Shown here: one piece after another, positions 19,156 through 29,941 of the stretch
How the letters are laid out: every line of letters begins with the position of its first letter
Numbering within the stretch: the stretch's first letter is position 1
NCBI GenBank assembly: GCA_016179185.1
Contig: JACORW010000104.1
Coordinates: 12,124 to 76,123 of the forward strand
Reading direction: 5' to 3'
DNA from: Gammaproteobacteria bacterium
Lineage (GTDB): Bacteria; Pseudomonadota; Gammaproteobacteria; Eutrophobiales; Eutrophobiaceae
Length of the DNA: 64,000 nucleotides
Translations under genes and position numbers: made by a program
The notes under the pieces: model-generated
The model's input: the letters and a program-made list of their open reading frames with translations, nothing else
What the model was told of the DNA's origin: nothing
The model's database searches: none

Positions 19156-19329
19156 ATGAACTGGATGATGCTTTACGGCGCGATTACCCTGGAAGTTTGC
19201 GGAACCGCATCCCTCAAGCTCTCCAATGGCCTGGAAAACCTCAATTTCTTTGCAATCGCCCTGTCGCTTTACGCATTCTTCAAGTGGAATCCACGTCCAT
19301 CAGCAGGTATTTGTCCCGCAACGTGAATC
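19156..19329 (+). pseudogene. Truncated SMR-family (EmrE/SugE-like) small multidrug transporter remnant
   Basis: An ATG at 19156 follows GAGGATAACCC. MNWMMLYGAITLEVCGTASLKLSNGLENLNFFAIALSLYAFF matches the first 1.5 TM helices of SMR proteins (E14-containing TM1). Similarity is lost at about 19285, where the convergent GNAT gene ends. The ORF is only 57 codons, against about 105-110 for SMR proteins. Confidence 0.65.
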
Positions 19330-19735
19330 CGGCTGCCGTGTAGAGCCGCTGCGCTGCATCGTTGTCGCGCCTGACTTCCAGGAATACCGACACGAGTCCG
19401 ATCGCGCGCGCCTCCGCGATGACCAGTTCCAGCACCTGCCGGCCGATTCCGCGTTTGCGCCAGGCGGCGTCGATGAAAAATTCATCCACCATGGCGTCAC
19501 GACCACCCTTTTCAATGGAATAGCCGAAACACAGGATGAAATAGCCGATCGGCGCGTTGTTGAGGTCAATCATCCAGACGCGGCCCAGGTCCGGCCGCTC
19601 CAGCAGGGGCACCAGGCCGCGCTCCAGCCGGAACAGATCGAATGGAATGCCTTCCAGCCGGTAGTAGGCCTGGATGAAACGCGCAAGATCGGGCAGGTCC
19701 TCCCGCGCGGCTGCGCGCAGGACCGGGTTCAGCAC
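19280..19735 (-). CDS. GNAT-family N-acetyltransferase
   Basis: 151-aa ORF with the acetyl-CoA binding motif region (FIDAAWRKRGIGRQVLELVI). Confidence 0.8.
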   Translation of the reverse strand: MLNPVLRAAAREDLPDLARFIQAYYRLEGIPFDLFRLERGLVPLLERPDLGRVWMIDLNNAPIGYFILCFGYSIEKGGRDAMVDEFFIDAAWRKRGIGRQVLELVIAEARAIGLVSVFLEVRRDNDAAQRLYTAAGFTLRDKYLLMDVDST

Positions 19736-19788
19736 GGCGGTCCGGGGGGCATGCGCTTCAAGCGCGCCGCAGCGCGGCGCGGCGTCGC

Positions 19789-21873
19789 TTACTCGTTGAC
19801 CGCCTTCATGCTGAGGCGCACGCGCCCCTGTTTGTCGATCTCCAGTACCTTTACCTTGACGTATTCGCCTTCGGTCAGCTTGTCGCTGACGTTTTCCACG
19901 CGCTCGTGGGAAATCTGGGAGATGTGCACGAGACCGTCCTTCCCCGGCAGTATGTTGACGAAGGCGCCGAAATCCATGAGTTTCGCCACGCGCCCTTCAT
20001 AGACCCGGCCCACCTCGATGTCAGCGGTCAATTCCTCGATGCGCTTCCGCGCAACCTCGCTGGCGGCCTTGTCGTTGGAATAGATCTTGATGGTGCCGTC
20101 GTCCTCGATGTCTATGGTGGTCCCGGTCTCCTCGGTGATGGCGCGGATGGTGGACCCGCCCTTGCCGATGACGTCGCGGATCTTGTCCGGGTGGATCTTG
20201 AGCGTGGTGATGCGTGGGGCAAATTCCGACATCTCGCTGCGCGATTTCGAGATGACCGCATTCATTTTCTCCAGGACATGCAGCCGGCCCTGCAGCGCCT
20301 GGCGCAGCGCCACGTCCATTATCTCGCGCGTGATGCCGTTGATCTTGATGTCCATCTGCAACGCAGTGACGCCCCTGGCCGTACCCGCCACCTTGAAATC
20401 CATGTCGCCCAGGTGATCCTCGTCGCCCATGATGTCGGACAGCACAACGTACCTTTCGCCCTCCTTGATCAGACCCATGGCGATGCCCGCCACCGGCGCG
20501 GAAATCGGAACGCCGGCATCCATCAGCGCCAGGCTCGTCCCACACACGGTGGCCATGGAGCTGGAACCGTTGGACTCCGTGATCTCCGATACCACGCGCA
20601 GCGCGTATGGGAACTGCTTCGGATCCGGCATCACGGCCATGATCCCCCGCTTGGCGAGGCGACCGTGACCGATCTCGCGGCGCTTCGGCGAACCCATGCG
20701 TCCGGTCTCGCCGACGCTGAACGGCGGGAAGTTGTAATGCAGCATGAACGGGTCTTTGCGCTCGCCTTCAATGGCATCAATGATCTGCGAGTCGCGCTCC
20801 GAACCAAGCGCCGCGACTACCAGAGCCTGCGTCTCGCCGCGGGTAAACAGCGCCGAGCCGTGCGTGCGCGGCAACACACCGATCTCGACGGCAATCTGGC
20901 GAATGGCCTTCGGGTCCCGACCATCAATGCGCGGCTCGCCGGCGATGATGCCGCCGCGCACGATGCCGCTTTCCAGCTCGGCGAATGTCTCAACCAGCAC
21001 GGCATCAGACCAGCGCTCCGGGAACTCCTCGCCAATCGCGCCGACGGTTTCCTTGCGGATGTTGTCGATCTGCTCGCGCCGGCTGATTTTGTCCTGGATG
21101 GCATAGGCCTCGCGCAGCAGGTCGCCGCATCGTTTCGCCAGCAGGGTTTCCAGTTCCTTGTCCTCGGCAGGCGCCTGCCAGGTCCAGGGCTTGACGCCGG
21201 CGGCCTTCACCAGCGCCTCGATGTTCTCGATCATCACCTGGAACTGGCCATGACCGAACATGACCGCCCCGAGCATGATCTCCTCGGACAATTCCTCCGC
21301 CTCGGACTCCACCATAAGTACCGAAGTGCGCGTGCCGGCGACCACGAGGTCGAGACTGGAGGACTCCAGTTCTCCGAAACTGGGGTTCAGAACGTAGGCA
21401 CCGTCCTTGTAGCCGACTCGTGCCGCGCCCACCGGCCCGTTGAACGGGAGGCCGGCCACGGCGATGGCCGCGGAGGCGCCCATCATAGCGGGGATGTCCG
21501 GATCCACTTCCGGGTCCAGCGAGAGCACCGTGGCGATAATCTGAACTTCGTTCTTGAAACCGGCGGGGAACAGGGGACGGATGGGACGATCAATGAGACG
21601 GCAGGTCAGGATTTCCTTTTCAGAGGGCCGGCCTTCACGCTTGAAGAACCCGCCCGGGATCTTGCCCGCGGCATACGTGCGTTCCTGGTAATCCACAGTG
21701 AGCGGGAAGAAGTCGCGACCCGGATCCGCGTCCTTGCGGGCGACGCAGGTGACGAGCACCACGGTATCCCCGAGGCTGGCTACCACCGCGCCGGTGGCCT
21801 GCCGCGCAATCCTGCCATACTGGATCCGCGCGGTACGGTTGCCGAATTGAAATTCTCTGGTTACTGGATTCAT
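19789..21873 (-). CDS. pnp: Polyribonucleotide nucleotidyltransferase (PNPase)
   Basis: 694-aa ORF with two RNase PH domains, KH ([15 protein letters not shown]) and S1 ([16 protein letters not shown]) domains. It lies downstream of rpsO. Confidence 0.97.
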   Translation of the reverse strand: MNPVTREFQFGNRTARIQYGRIARQATGAVVASLGDTVVLVTCVARKDADPGRDFFPLTVDYQERTYAAGKIPGGFFKREGRPSEKEILTCRLIDRPIRPLFPAGFKNEVQIIATVLSLDPEVDPDIPAMMGASAAIAVAGLPFNGPVGAARVGYKDGAYVLNPSFGELESSSLDLVVAGTRTSVLMVESEAEELSEEIMLGAVMFGHGQFQVMIENIEALVKAAGVKPWTWQAPAEDKELETLLAKRCGDLLREAYAIQDKISRREQIDNIRKETVGAIGEEFPERWSDAVLVETFAELESGIVRGGIIAGEPRIDGRDPKAIRQIAVEIGVLPRTHGSALFTRGETQALVVAALGSERDSQIIDAIEGERKDPFMLHYNFPPFSVGETGRMGSPKRREIGHGRLAKRGIMAVMPDPKQFPYALRVVSEITESNGSSSMATVCGTSLALMDAGVPISAPVAGIAMGLIKEGERYVVLSDIMGDEDHLGDMDFKVAGTARGVTALQMDIKINGITREIMDVALRQALQGRLHVLEKMNAVISKSRSEMSEFAPRITTLKIHPDKIRDVIGKGGSTIRAITEETGTTIDIEDDGTIKIYSNDKAASEVARKRIEELTADIEVGRVYEGRVAKLMDFGAFVNILPGKDGLVHISQISHERVENVSDKLTEGEYVKVKVLEIDKQGRVRLSMKAVNE

Positions 21874-22009
21874 GGAATCACCCCGTTGAAAGATGAATGG
21901 CGGAGGCTGCGGCCGTCCGGCTCATTCCTGGCTGGACGCGGAAGAAGTGTGGTCCCGGTCGCAGCATGCTGGCGCCGATTCTGAAAAGCGATGTTGTGGG
22001 ATACGGCAG

Positions 22010-22279
22010 TTACTTACGCAAACCGAGCCGGCCAATAAGATCCCGATACCGGGTCAAGTCCTTCCTGCGGAGGTACTCGAGCAGTTGCCTGCGCTGATTT
22101 ACCAGGCGCAGCAATCCCTGGCGGGAATGGTAATCCCGCGAGTGCGTCTTGAAATGTTCGGACAGGTCCGTGATGCGTGCGGTCAGCAGGGCAACCTGCA
22201 CTTCTGCGGACCCGGTGTCCTGATTCGACTTCCTGTAATCGCTGACGATGCCAGCCTTTTGCTGCGTGCTTAATACCAT
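22010..22279 (-). CDS. rpsO: 30S ribosomal protein S15
   Basis: From the Met at 22279: [46 protein letters not shown]. Confidence 0.95.
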   Translation of the reverse strand: MVLSTQQKAGIVSDYRKSNQDTGSAEVQVALLTARITDLSEHFKTHSRDYHSRQGLLRLVNQRRQLLEYLRRKDLTRYRDLIGRLGLRK

Positions 22280-22367
22280 GCGATTCAACTCCCAAACCCA
22301 ACTTTTCCCGTCTGGTCCCGTTTAAGCGGCGCGTATTGTACCCACGCACCCTTCCAGTCACAAGAAA

Positions 22368-23309
22368 TTATCCTGTGGCGGCCGCCACGTCCGCGGGGCG
22401 TAGCCGGAACAGCCGGCGCGGAGCGATGCGACCGTCATCCAATACCTCCCCGGCGCCGATGAACTGGCCGGCCTCATTGTACAACCGCACCCTGCCCTCG
22501 GTGGGCGAACGAGGCACGAGTACCGGCTGTCCCTGGCGCAGGTAGAACGCAACGGCCTCCTGCAACACAAGCGCCGGCGCGTCGCGCATGATGCTGTCGG
22601 TGCCGAGCAGCAACCGATCCAGTTCCGCGCTGCCCTGTTCCGCCGCTGCGCGCACCGCAGCCAGCGGCACGGCCTCCTGCTCCCGGAACGGGCCGGCCGC
22701 CGTGCGCCGCAGACTGATAACGTGCGCCCCGCAACCGGCGGCGGCGCCGATATCCTCGGCAAGCGTGCGGATATATGTGCCTTTCGAACACCACACCGCG
22801 ATCTCGAATTCATCCGCCTCAAGTTCGAGCAGGTTCAGTTCGTATATGGACACCGGTCGCGGTTTACGCTCCACTTCCAGCCCCTGGTAGGCAAGTTCGT
22901 ACAGGCGCTGGCCCTGGTGCTTGAGCGCGGAGTGCATCGGCGGCACCTGCTCTATCTCGCCCCTGAATCGATCCAGCACCGACTCCATTGCGGCGGGATC
23001 CATCGCCGGGGCGGGGCGCGTTTCAAGTATCGCACCGGCGCTGTCGCCGGTGGCCGTACGCACGCCAAGTTTGCACCGCGCCCGGTAGCGCTTGTCCGCC
23101 TCCAGCAACAAGGCGGAGAATTTGGTGGCTTCGCCGAAACACAGCGGCAGGAGACCCGTAGCCGTGCGGTCCAGGCTGCCCGTATGCCCGGCCTTGCGCG
23201 CCTGGAACAGATGTTTGACAACCTGCAGCGCCTCGTTTGAGGTCATGCCAACCGGCTTGTCCAGCGGCAGCACGCCATGGACGTCACGTCCGCGGGATCG
23301 CCTGGCCAT
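22368..23309 (-). CDS. truB: tRNA pseudouridine55 synthase
   Basis: 313-aa ORF (GVLPLDKPVGMTSNEAL, GHTGSLDRTATGLLPL). Confidence 0.95.
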   Translation of the reverse strand: MARRSRGRDVHGVLPLDKPVGMTSNEALQVVKHLFQARKAGHTGSLDRTATGLLPLCFGEATKFSALLLEADKRYRARCKLGVRTATGDSAGAILETRPAPAMDPAAMESVLDRFRGEIEQVPPMHSALKHQGQRLYELAYQGLEVERKPRPVSIYELNLLELEADEFEIAVWCSKGTYIRTLAEDIGAAAGCGAHVISLRRTAAGPFREQEAVPLAAVRAAAEQGSAELDRLLLGTDSIMRDAPALVLQEAVAFYLRQGQPVLVPRSPTEGRVRLYNEAGQFIGAGEVLDDGRIAPRRLFRLRPADVAAATG

Positions 23310-23348
23310 GTTTACCTGTGCACATCCGGCAAGTGTCTGCGGACACTG

Positions 23349-23705
23349 CTACTTGTCATCGCGGTGCAATGACTCGAGCAGGGAGTGGATGCGACTGCCC
23401 CGTTCCACCGAAGCGTCGTAACAGAACTGCAACCGGGGCACGGAGCGCATGGTCAGCGCGGAGGCCAGACGGTGCCGGTAGTGCGCCGCCTGATCATTCA
23501 GGCACCGCTCCAGTTCCTCCGGTCTCAGCCGGCCGCCGATGCAGGTGAAAAACACCTTGGCCTGCTTCAGGTCCGGACTCACGTCAGCGCCGGAGATGGT
23601 CACCAGCCCGTGCTTTCCAGGATCCAGTTCCACCTGCACCATGGCCGCGATTTCGCGCTGCACCTGATCGGCGACGCGGCGATTGCGTCCGAATTCGCGC
23701 GGCAT
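23349..23705 (-). CDS. rbfA: Ribosome-binding factor A
   Basis: 118-aa ORF (RRVADQVQREIA...VTISGADVSPDLKQAKVFF). Confidence 0.93.
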   Translation of the reverse strand: MPREFGRNRRVADQVQREIAAMVQVELDPGKHGLVTISGADVSPDLKQAKVFFTCIGGRLRPEELERCLNDQAAHYRHRLASALTMRSVPRLQFCYDASVERGSRIHSLLESLHRDDK

Positions 23706-23722
23706 GCGGAATTCCTCCAGGG

Positions 23723-26161
23723 TCAGGCCAGCTTGCGCGCTATCTCAATGCGCTCGAACACCTCGATCTGATCACCGACGCGCACATCGTTATAGTTCTT
23801 CACGCCGATTCCGCATTCGGTGCCGGACTTGACCTCACCGACATCATCCTTGAAGCGGCGCAGGGATTCGAGTTGCCCTTCGTAGATGACCACGTTGTCG
23901 CGGAGTACGCGGATCGGGCTGTTGCGCCATACCGCACCGCTGGTAACCAGGCAGCCGGCGATATCGCCGAATTTGGGAGAACGGAATACCTCCTTCACCT
24001 CCGCGATCCCGATGATCTGCTCGCGCACCTCCGGCTCGAGCATGCCGACGATGGCCTTCTTCACGTCGTCGATGACGTCGTAAATGATGCTGTAATAGCG
24101 CAGGTCAATGCCCTCGTCCTCCACCAGCTTGCGCGCCGCGGCATCGGCACGCACGTTGAAGCCGATGACGACGCCCCTGGAGGCCATGGCGAGCTGCACG
24201 TCCGAACCGGTGATCCCGCCGACGCCGCTGTGGATTACATTCACTGTTACTTCCGGCGTCGTCAGACGCGACAGCGCGTCCGACAAAGCCTCCGCGGATC
24301 CCTGTACGTCGGCCTTGACGAGAATATTGAGGGTGGTCTTCTCCGCCTCCCCCATCTGCTGCATGATGTTTTCCAGTGTCGCCTGGTGCTTCTGTTCCAG
24401 CTTGCCCTGGCGATACTTGCCCTGGCGGAACTGGGCCACTTCCCGCGCCTTCTTTTCATCGGGCAACACCACAATCTCGTCGCCGGCGTTCGGCGTTCCC
24501 GACAGTCCGAGCACTTCGACCGGGGTCGATGGACCGGCCGACTCCAGTTCGCCGCCGTTTTCGTCGTACATGGCGCGCACGCGGCCGTACTCCTGCCCGC
24601 TGAGGATGACATCGCCCTTGCGCAATTCACCGCCCTGCACGAGCAGCGTGGCCACCGGGCCGCGACCGCGGTCCAGTCTGGATTCTATTACCGTACCCCG
24701 CGCCGTCCCAGCCGACGGCGCCTTGAGATCCTGCACTTCCGCAAGCAGCAGAATGGATTCAAGCAGGCTCTCCATCCCAGACCCGGTCCGCGCCGAGACC
24801 GGCACGAACATCGTATCGCCGCCCCAGTCCTCGGGTATTACGTCGAGTTTCGCCAGTTCCTGCTTTACCCGATCCAGGTCCGCATCCTTCTTGTCCATCT
24901 TGTTGATCGCAACAATTATCGGGACCTTGCCGGCTTTGGCATGGTGGACCGCCTCCTCGGTCTGCGGCATGACGCCGTCATCAGCGGCGACGACGACGAT
25001 GACGATGTCGGTGACCTTCGCCCCGCGGGCGCGCATGGCCGTGAACGCCTCGTGGCCAGGCGTATCCAGAAAGGTGATATGTCCCTTGTCGGTGGTCACG
25101 CGGTAGGCACCGATGTGCTGGGTGATGCCGCCCGCCTCGCCGGCGGCAACCTGGGTGCGGCGGATGAAATCCAGCAGCGTAGTCTTGCCGTGATCCACGT
25201 GCCCCATGATCGTGACCACAGGCGGGCGCGTTACTTTCTCGCTTTCCGACTGGCTGACCTTCATGGCCTCTTCTTCCAGCACGTTCTCCTTCAGCAGCCG
25301 CGCCTTGTGACCCATTTCCTCAACCACTACCGCGGCGGTGGCCTGATCGATGGTCTGATTGATGGTGACCATGCTGCCGAGGTTCATCATGATCTTCACC
25401 ACTTCGGTGCCCTTGACCGACATGCGCTGAGCCAGCTCGGCGACGGTGATGCTTTCGGGAATATCGACCTCACGCACAATGGGCGCGGTAGGCATTTCAA
25501 ATGCATGTTGCGCCGGCCGGCGCACGACCGTCGGGCGAATGGCGCGCGGCTTTTTCCTGCGTTTGCCGGACTTGTCCGAGGCTACGTGCAGTTCGCGCAA
25601 CTGCGGCGCGCGGGGCTGCATTTCAGCCGCGGGTTCGGCGGGGCCCGGCTGCTGCACGGCCCTGGCGGCATCGCCTGGGACCTGGACCGGCACCGCTTCC
25701 TGCTGCGACGGCTCGGCCACGGCCTCAAGCTCCCGCAATGCCTCGGCCGCAGCCTGTTCCGCCGCGCGCGCCGCGGCTGCCTCCGCCTCGCGCTGCTCCC
25801 GTTCCGCGGCCTGGCGCGCTGCCTCCTCCTCAATTGTGCTGCGCTTGGCATAGATGCGCTTGCGCCGGAATTCCACTGCAACGGTCTTGGCCCTGGGTTT
25901 CGCCCGGCCGGCCGCGGACGTCGGTATGGGCACCTTGAGCTCACTGACGCTCTTGCGCTTCAGCGTAATCTTCTTGGGTTCCGACGCGTCGGTCTTGCCG
26001 TGCTTGCGCCGCAGATAGCCGAGCAGTTCCGCCTTCTCCTCCTCGGAAATGTCGTCATCCGGCTCTTTGCTCGACAAGCCGGCCTGTTGCAGTTGCTCGA
26101 GCAACCGCTCCACGGTCACGCCGATTACGTCGGCGTACTGACGCACGGTGACTTCAGGCAT
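23723..26161 (-). CDS. infB: Translation initiation factor IF-2
   Basis: 812-aa ORF with a GTPase domain ([28 protein letters not shown]) and C-terminal IF-2 domains. Confidence 0.97.
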   Translation of the reverse strand: MPEVTVRQYADVIGVTVERLLEQLQQAGLSSKEPDDDISEEEKAELLGYLRRKHGKTDASEPKKITLKRKSVSELKVPIPTSAAGRAKPRAKTVAVEFRRKRIYAKRSTIEEEAARQAAEREQREAEAAAARAAEQAAAEALRELEAVAEPSQQEAVPVQVPGDAARAVQQPGPAEPAAEMQPRAPQLRELHVASDKSGKRRKKPRAIRPTVVRRPAQHAFEMPTAPIVREVDIPESITVAELAQRMSVKGTEVVKIMMNLGSMVTINQTIDQATAAVVVEEMGHKARLLKENVLEEEAMKVSQSESEKVTRPPVVTIMGHVDHGKTTLLDFIRRTQVAAGEAGGITQHIGAYRVTTDKGHITFLDTPGHEAFTAMRARGAKVTDIVIVVVAADDGVMPQTEEAVHHAKAGKVPIIVAINKMDKKDADLDRVKQELAKLDVIPEDWGGDTMFVPVSARTGSGMESLLESILLLAEVQDLKAPSAGTARGTVIESRLDRGRGPVATLLVQGGELRKGDVILSGQEYGRVRAMYDENGGELESAGPSTPVEVLGLSGTPNAGDEIVVLPDEKKAREVAQFRQGKYRQGKLEQKHQATLENIMQQMGEAEKTTLNILVKADVQGSAEALSDALSRLTTPEVTVNVIHSGVGGITGSDVQLAMASRGVVIGFNVRADAAARKLVEDEGIDLRYYSIIYDVIDDVKKAIVGMLEPEVREQIIGIAEVKEVFRSPKFGDIAGCLVTSGAVWRNSPIRVLRDNVVIYEGQLESLRRFKDDVGEVKSGTECGIGVKNYNDVRVGDQIEVFERIEIARKLA

Positions 26162-27677
26162 TGCCAGCCTCCGCCTCGACGCCGGCTTGCGCCTCGAACC
26201 AGTGTTTGCGGGCCGCCATGATCAGTTCCCCGGCGCGTTCACGATCCATGCCTTCGATCTCCATCAGGTCATCCACCGCCTGCTCGGCGAGATCCTCGCG
26301 GGTAACGACGCCGCGGCCGGCCAGTTCGTAGGCCAGCGCGTCGTCCATGCCCTCCACACCGAGCAGGTCTTCGGCGGGCTCGGCATCGCCCAGCCGCTCC
26401 TCGCTGGCGATGGCGCGCGTCAGCATGACGTCGCGGGCACGGTCCCGGATCTCCTTGACCAGATCGGCATCGAACTCCTCGATTCCGAGCATTTCGTTTT
26501 CCGGAACGTAGGCCACCTCTTCGATGCTTGAGAATCCCTCCTGAACCAGGATCGAGGCGACTTCCGCGTCCACGCCCAGCTGCTCCATGAACATCGTCTG
26601 CAGTGTCGAAGCCTCAGCCTCGCTCTTCTGCTCGGCCTGCTCCACCGACATGATGTTCAGGTTCCATCTGGTCAGTTCACTGGCCAGCTTGACGTTTTGC
26701 CCGCCGCGGCCGATGGCCATGGACAGGTTCTCCTCCGCCACGGCCACGTCCATGCTGTGCGCATCCTCATCCACCATGATCGACACAACCTCCGCCGGCG
26801 CCATGGCGTTGATGACAAACTGCGCGGGATTTTCATCCCAGAGAATGATGTCCACGCGCTCGCCCGCGAGCTCGTTGGATACCGCCTGCACCCGCGAGCC
26901 GCGCATGCCGACGCAGGCGCCGATCGGATCGATGCGTCCGTCGCGCGCCCGCACCGCTATCTTCGCCCGCGATCCCGGATCGCGCGCGCCGCTGATAATC
27001 TCAATCAGCCCCTCGTTGATCTCGGGGACTTCGATCTTGAACAACTCAATGAGCAGTTCCGGCGCGGTGCGGCTTACGAACAGCTGCGGGCCGCGCGGTT
27101 CCGGGCGGACTTCGCGCAGATAGGCACGCAGCCGGTCGCCAGGGCGGGCCGGTTCGCGCGGGATCATCTGGTCGCGCGGAATCAATGCCTCGGCATTGCC
27201 CCCAAGATCAATGATAAGCCCGCTGCGCTCGACACGCTTGACCACGCCGCCGACCATCTGACCGACGCGGCCGCGGTATGCCTCAATCACCTGGTTCCGT
27301 TCCGCCTCGCGCACCTTCTGCACGATTACCTGCGTCGCGGTCTGCGCGGCAACGCGACCGAATTCCACCGACGCCATCGGTTCTTCGATGAAGCCGCCTA
27401 CCTGGATGTCAAGGCTGCGCGCCTGGGCATCGCTGAGGCGGACCTGGCGGGGTGGAAACTCCAGCGGGTCGGGGCTGTCCGCGACCACTTCCCAGCGGCG
27501 GAACGTTTCGTAATCGCCGGTATCGCGATCCACGGCCACGCGTACTTCAATGTCTTCGCGATTGCGTTTCTTGGTGGCGCTGGCGAGCGCGGCTTCAATC
27601 GCCTCGAATATGATCTCTTTGGCGACGCCTTTTTCATTCGACACCACGTCCACTACCGTCAAAATTTCCTTGTTCAT
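26154..27677 (-). CDS. nusA: Transcription termination/antitermination factor NusA
   Basis: From the Met at 27677: [18 protein letters not shown]..., with S1, two KH domains and two C-terminal acidic repeats. There is an 8-nt overlap with the infB start. Confidence 0.96.
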   Translation of the reverse strand: MNKEILTVVDVVSNEKGVAKEIIFEAIEAALASATKKRNREDIEVRVAVDRDTGDYETFRRWEVVADSPDPLEFPPRQVRLSDAQARSLDIQVGGFIEEPMASVEFGRVAAQTATQVIVQKVREAERNQVIEAYRGRVGQMVGGVVKRVERSGLIIDLGGNAEALIPRDQMIPREPARPGDRLRAYLREVRPEPRGPQLFVSRTAPELLIELFKIEVPEINEGLIEIISGARDPGSRAKIAVRARDGRIDPIGACVGMRGSRVQAVSNELAGERVDIILWDENPAQFVINAMAPAEVVSIMVDEDAHSMDVAVAEENLSMAIGRGGQNVKLASELTRWNLNIMSVEQAEQKSEAEASTLQTMFMEQLGVDAEVASILVQEGFSSIEEVAYVPENEMLGIEEFDADLVKEIRDRARDVMLTRAIASEERLGDAEPAEDLLGVEGMDDALAYELAGRGVVTREDLAEQAVDDLMEIEGMDRERAGELIMAARKHWFEAQAGVEAEAGNA

Positions 27678-27695
27678 TTTCCTCACCATCCCACA

Positions 27696-28136
27696 TTACT
27701 GCGGCACCAGCCGCGCCTTTTCCACCATGTCCCATTTCACTTCCATGGATGTTCCGAGCATGTTGATCACGAGCACGTCGGCGTCCACGCGCTCAACCGT
27801 ACCGGTCAACTGACGGTGTCCCTGCAGTTTCATGCGCAGCCGCAGCCGCACTTCATTGCCGACATAGCGCTGAACCTGCGCCGGCGAAAACAGCGGGCGG
27901 TCCATCCCCGGCGAGGACACTTCCAGATCGTAGGGCCCGCGGATCGGATCCTCGACATCCAGCATACCGGTGACCGCACGGCTCACGCGCTCGCAATCCG
28001 CGAGTGTCACGCCCCTGCCCGAGTCGATGTACAGCCGCAACAGCGAGCGATGCCCGCGCCGGAAGCGTTCGATGCCCCACAGTTCGCAGCCGGCGTCTGC
28101 CACCACCGGGCTCAGTAATGCACCGAGATCTTTCAT
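27696..28136 (-). CDS. rimP: Ribosome maturation factor RimP
   Basis: 146-aa ORF immediately upstream of nusA (LRLYIDS...GVTLADCERVSR...LEVSSPG). Confidence 0.92.
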   Translation of the reverse strand: MKDLGALLSPVVADAGCELWGIERFRRGHRSLLRLYIDSGRGVTLADCERVSRAVTGMLDVEDPIRGPYDLEVSSPGMDRPLFSPAQVQRYVGNEVRLRLRMKLQGHRQLTGTVERVDADVLVINMLGTSMEVKWDMVEKARLVPQ

Positions 28137-28247
28137 CCGGCCACCTGCTGGTCATTTACAGGCCGTCGAAAAGTCCGCTCCTGACTTTCCCGACAGCCTG
28201 TCAGGAAGCGCTGTCCGTTTCGACTTTCCACAAACCACCCGCCGCAA

Positions 28248-28271
28248 ACAAAAAATGGGCCGGCGGCCCAC
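28248..28271 (-). terminator. Intrinsic terminator/attenuator between metY and rimP (second of two)
   Basis: The minus strand reads TGGGCCGCCGGCCCA followed by TTTTTTG. Confidence 0.6.
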
Positions 28272-28363
28272 TCTCTCATTCCTGGTAATCGGCGTGCCGG
28301 TGATGCACGGAGCGGGTCCCCGCCGGGGCGGCGCGCTGATGCGCCGGGTTTCGGCGCCGCCAA

Positions 28364-28389
28364 CAAAAAACCCCGCACACAGACGGGGC
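28364..28389 (-). terminator. Intrinsic terminator just downstream of tRNA-fMet (first of two)
   Basis: The minus strand reads GGCCCCGTCTGTGTGCGGGG followed by TTTTTTG, about 20 nt after the tRNA 3' end. Confidence 0.65.
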
Positions 28390-28410
28390 CGCTCCCAGCG
28401 CGTTTCTGAC

Positions 28411-28487
28411 TGGTAGCGGGGGCAGGATTTGAACCTGCGACCTTCGGGTTATGAGCCCGACGAGCTGCCAGACTGCTCCACCCCGCA
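28411..28487 (-). tRNA. metY: Initiator tRNA-fMet (anticodon CAT)
   Basis: The reverse complement is TGCGGGGTGGAGCAGTCTGGCAGCTCGTCGGGCTCATAACCCGAAGGTCGCAGGTTCAAATCCTGCCCCCGCTACCA. It folds as a cloverleaf with the three GGG:CCC pairs in the anticodon stem, a 1:72 mismatch (U:U) and an encoded CCA. It is nearly identical to E. coli tRNA-fMet and sits in the metY position upstream of rimP-nusA-infB. Confidence 0.95.
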
Positions 28488-28526
28488 ACAACGAAGGGCG
28501 CATGGTACCGGGAGCCCCCGGCCAAT

Positions 28527-29654
28527 TCAAGCCGCGGCCGGGCGTCCGGGCGCGGGTGGCGACAGTTGCACCCGCTGTCTGCGCGCACCCCAGGTTCCCG
28601 CGGCAGGTTCAAACACGCCATGGCACCGGGTACCGCACTGCCGACATTCACCGTCCGCCGTGAGGTTCCAGTCGCTCAATACATACCAGTCGCGGCCAAT
28701 CAGCAACGCGCCGCACTCACGGCAATAAGTACTGCCGCCGGCGGCATCGTGCACATTGCCGGTGTAAACGTAGTGCAGGCCGTTCCGCAATCCGATGGCA
28801 CGCGCCCGTGTCAAGGTTGCATGCGGCGTTCGCGGCTTGTCGCGCATCTTCCAGTCGGGGTGAAACGCGGTGAAGTGGAGCGGGACATCCGCTCCCAGCG
28901 ATTCGCGGATCCACGTTGTCATCGCATCTATTTCGGCGTCCGAATCGTTCTCCCCGGGGATGAGCAGCGTCGTGATCTCGAACCACACCCGGGTCTCGTG
29001 CTTCAGGTACATCAGCGTATCCAGGACCGGCTGCAGATGGCTGCCGGTGATGTTGCGGTAAAAGGTTTCGCTGAACGCCTTCAGATCCACGTTCGCGGCA
29101 TCCATGTGCCGGTAAAACTCGGCGCGCGGCTCGGGGCACATGTAGCCGGCCGTCACCGCCACCGATTTCACGCCCCAGGCACGACATGCCTGTGCCACGT
29201 CCACGGCATATTCGTAAAAAATCACCGGGTCATTGTAGGTAAACGCAATGGACCGGCAGCCCAGGCGGACCGCGGCCTTGGCCAGCGACGCGGGTGACGC
29301 AGCATCCGCCAGCGTATCGGTCTCCCGCGACTTGCTGATATCCCAGTTCTGGCAGAACTTGCAGGCCAGATTGCAGCCGGCGGTACCGAACGACAGCACC
29401 GGAGTACCCGGAAGAAAATGATTCAGGGGTTTCTTTTCGATGGGGTCGATGCAGAAACCGCTGGAACGCCCGTAAGTGGTCAACACGATCTCACCGTCCT
29501 GGCACGCGCGCACGAAACACAGTCCGCGCTGTCCATCATGCATCCTGCAGGCGCGCGGACAGACATCACATTGCACGCGGCCGTCGTCGAGACGGTGCCA
29601 ATACCGGGTCCGGACCGTGGAAGCCGGATCGAATGCAGGTGTCGTTGCGACCAT
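28527..29654 (-). CDS. amrS: AmmeMemoRadiSam system radical SAM enzyme (AmrS)
   Basis: From the Met at 29654 (SD GAGGT upstream): MVATTPAFDP...RYWHRLDDGRVQCDVCPRACRMHDGQRGLCFVR...FGTAGCNLACKFCQNWDISK, with a CxxxCxxC radical-SAM cluster and an N-terminal Cys cluster. The 5' 107 codons of ORF 28527-29975 look non-coding. Confidence 0.88.
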   Translation of the reverse strand: MVATTPAFDPASTVRTRYWHRLDDGRVQCDVCPRACRMHDGQRGLCFVRACQDGEIVLTTYGRSSGFCIDPIEKKPLNHFLPGTPVLSFGTAGCNLACKFCQNWDISKSRETDTLADAASPASLAKAAVRLGCRSIAFTYNDPVIFYEYAVDVAQACRAWGVKSVAVTAGYMCPEPRAEFYRHMDAANVDLKAFSETFYRNITGSHLQPVLDTLMYLKHETRVWFEITTLLIPGENDSDAEIDAMTTWIRESLGADVPLHFTAFHPDWKMRDKPRTPHATLTRARAIGLRNGLHYVYTGNVHDAAGGSTYCRECGALLIGRDWYVLSDWNLTADGECRQCGTRCHGVFEPAAGTWGARRQRVQLSPPAPGRPAAA

Positions 29655-29941
29655 CGTTACCTCATAATAGTCCGCCGTAAAAATCCGTCCATGGACTTTT
29701 GCCCGCCGCTTCGGCCAAAGCACAGCTTCGGCCTTGCTTAGTTTATCAAGCACTTGCGTGCTTGATAAACGATGCGTCCCCTGCGGCGCTGCGCATCCGG
29801 CTGCGCGCCGCCGGTCCAGGGCAGGCCGTCCTCGGCCTACCCGTTCGCCGGGCCGGAAGTCCACCGGACTTCCGGCTATCTCCGGCTCACCCTTGGGGCG
29901 CACAGGGTGGCGCAAAATCCGATTTTGCGTCACCCTGATTA

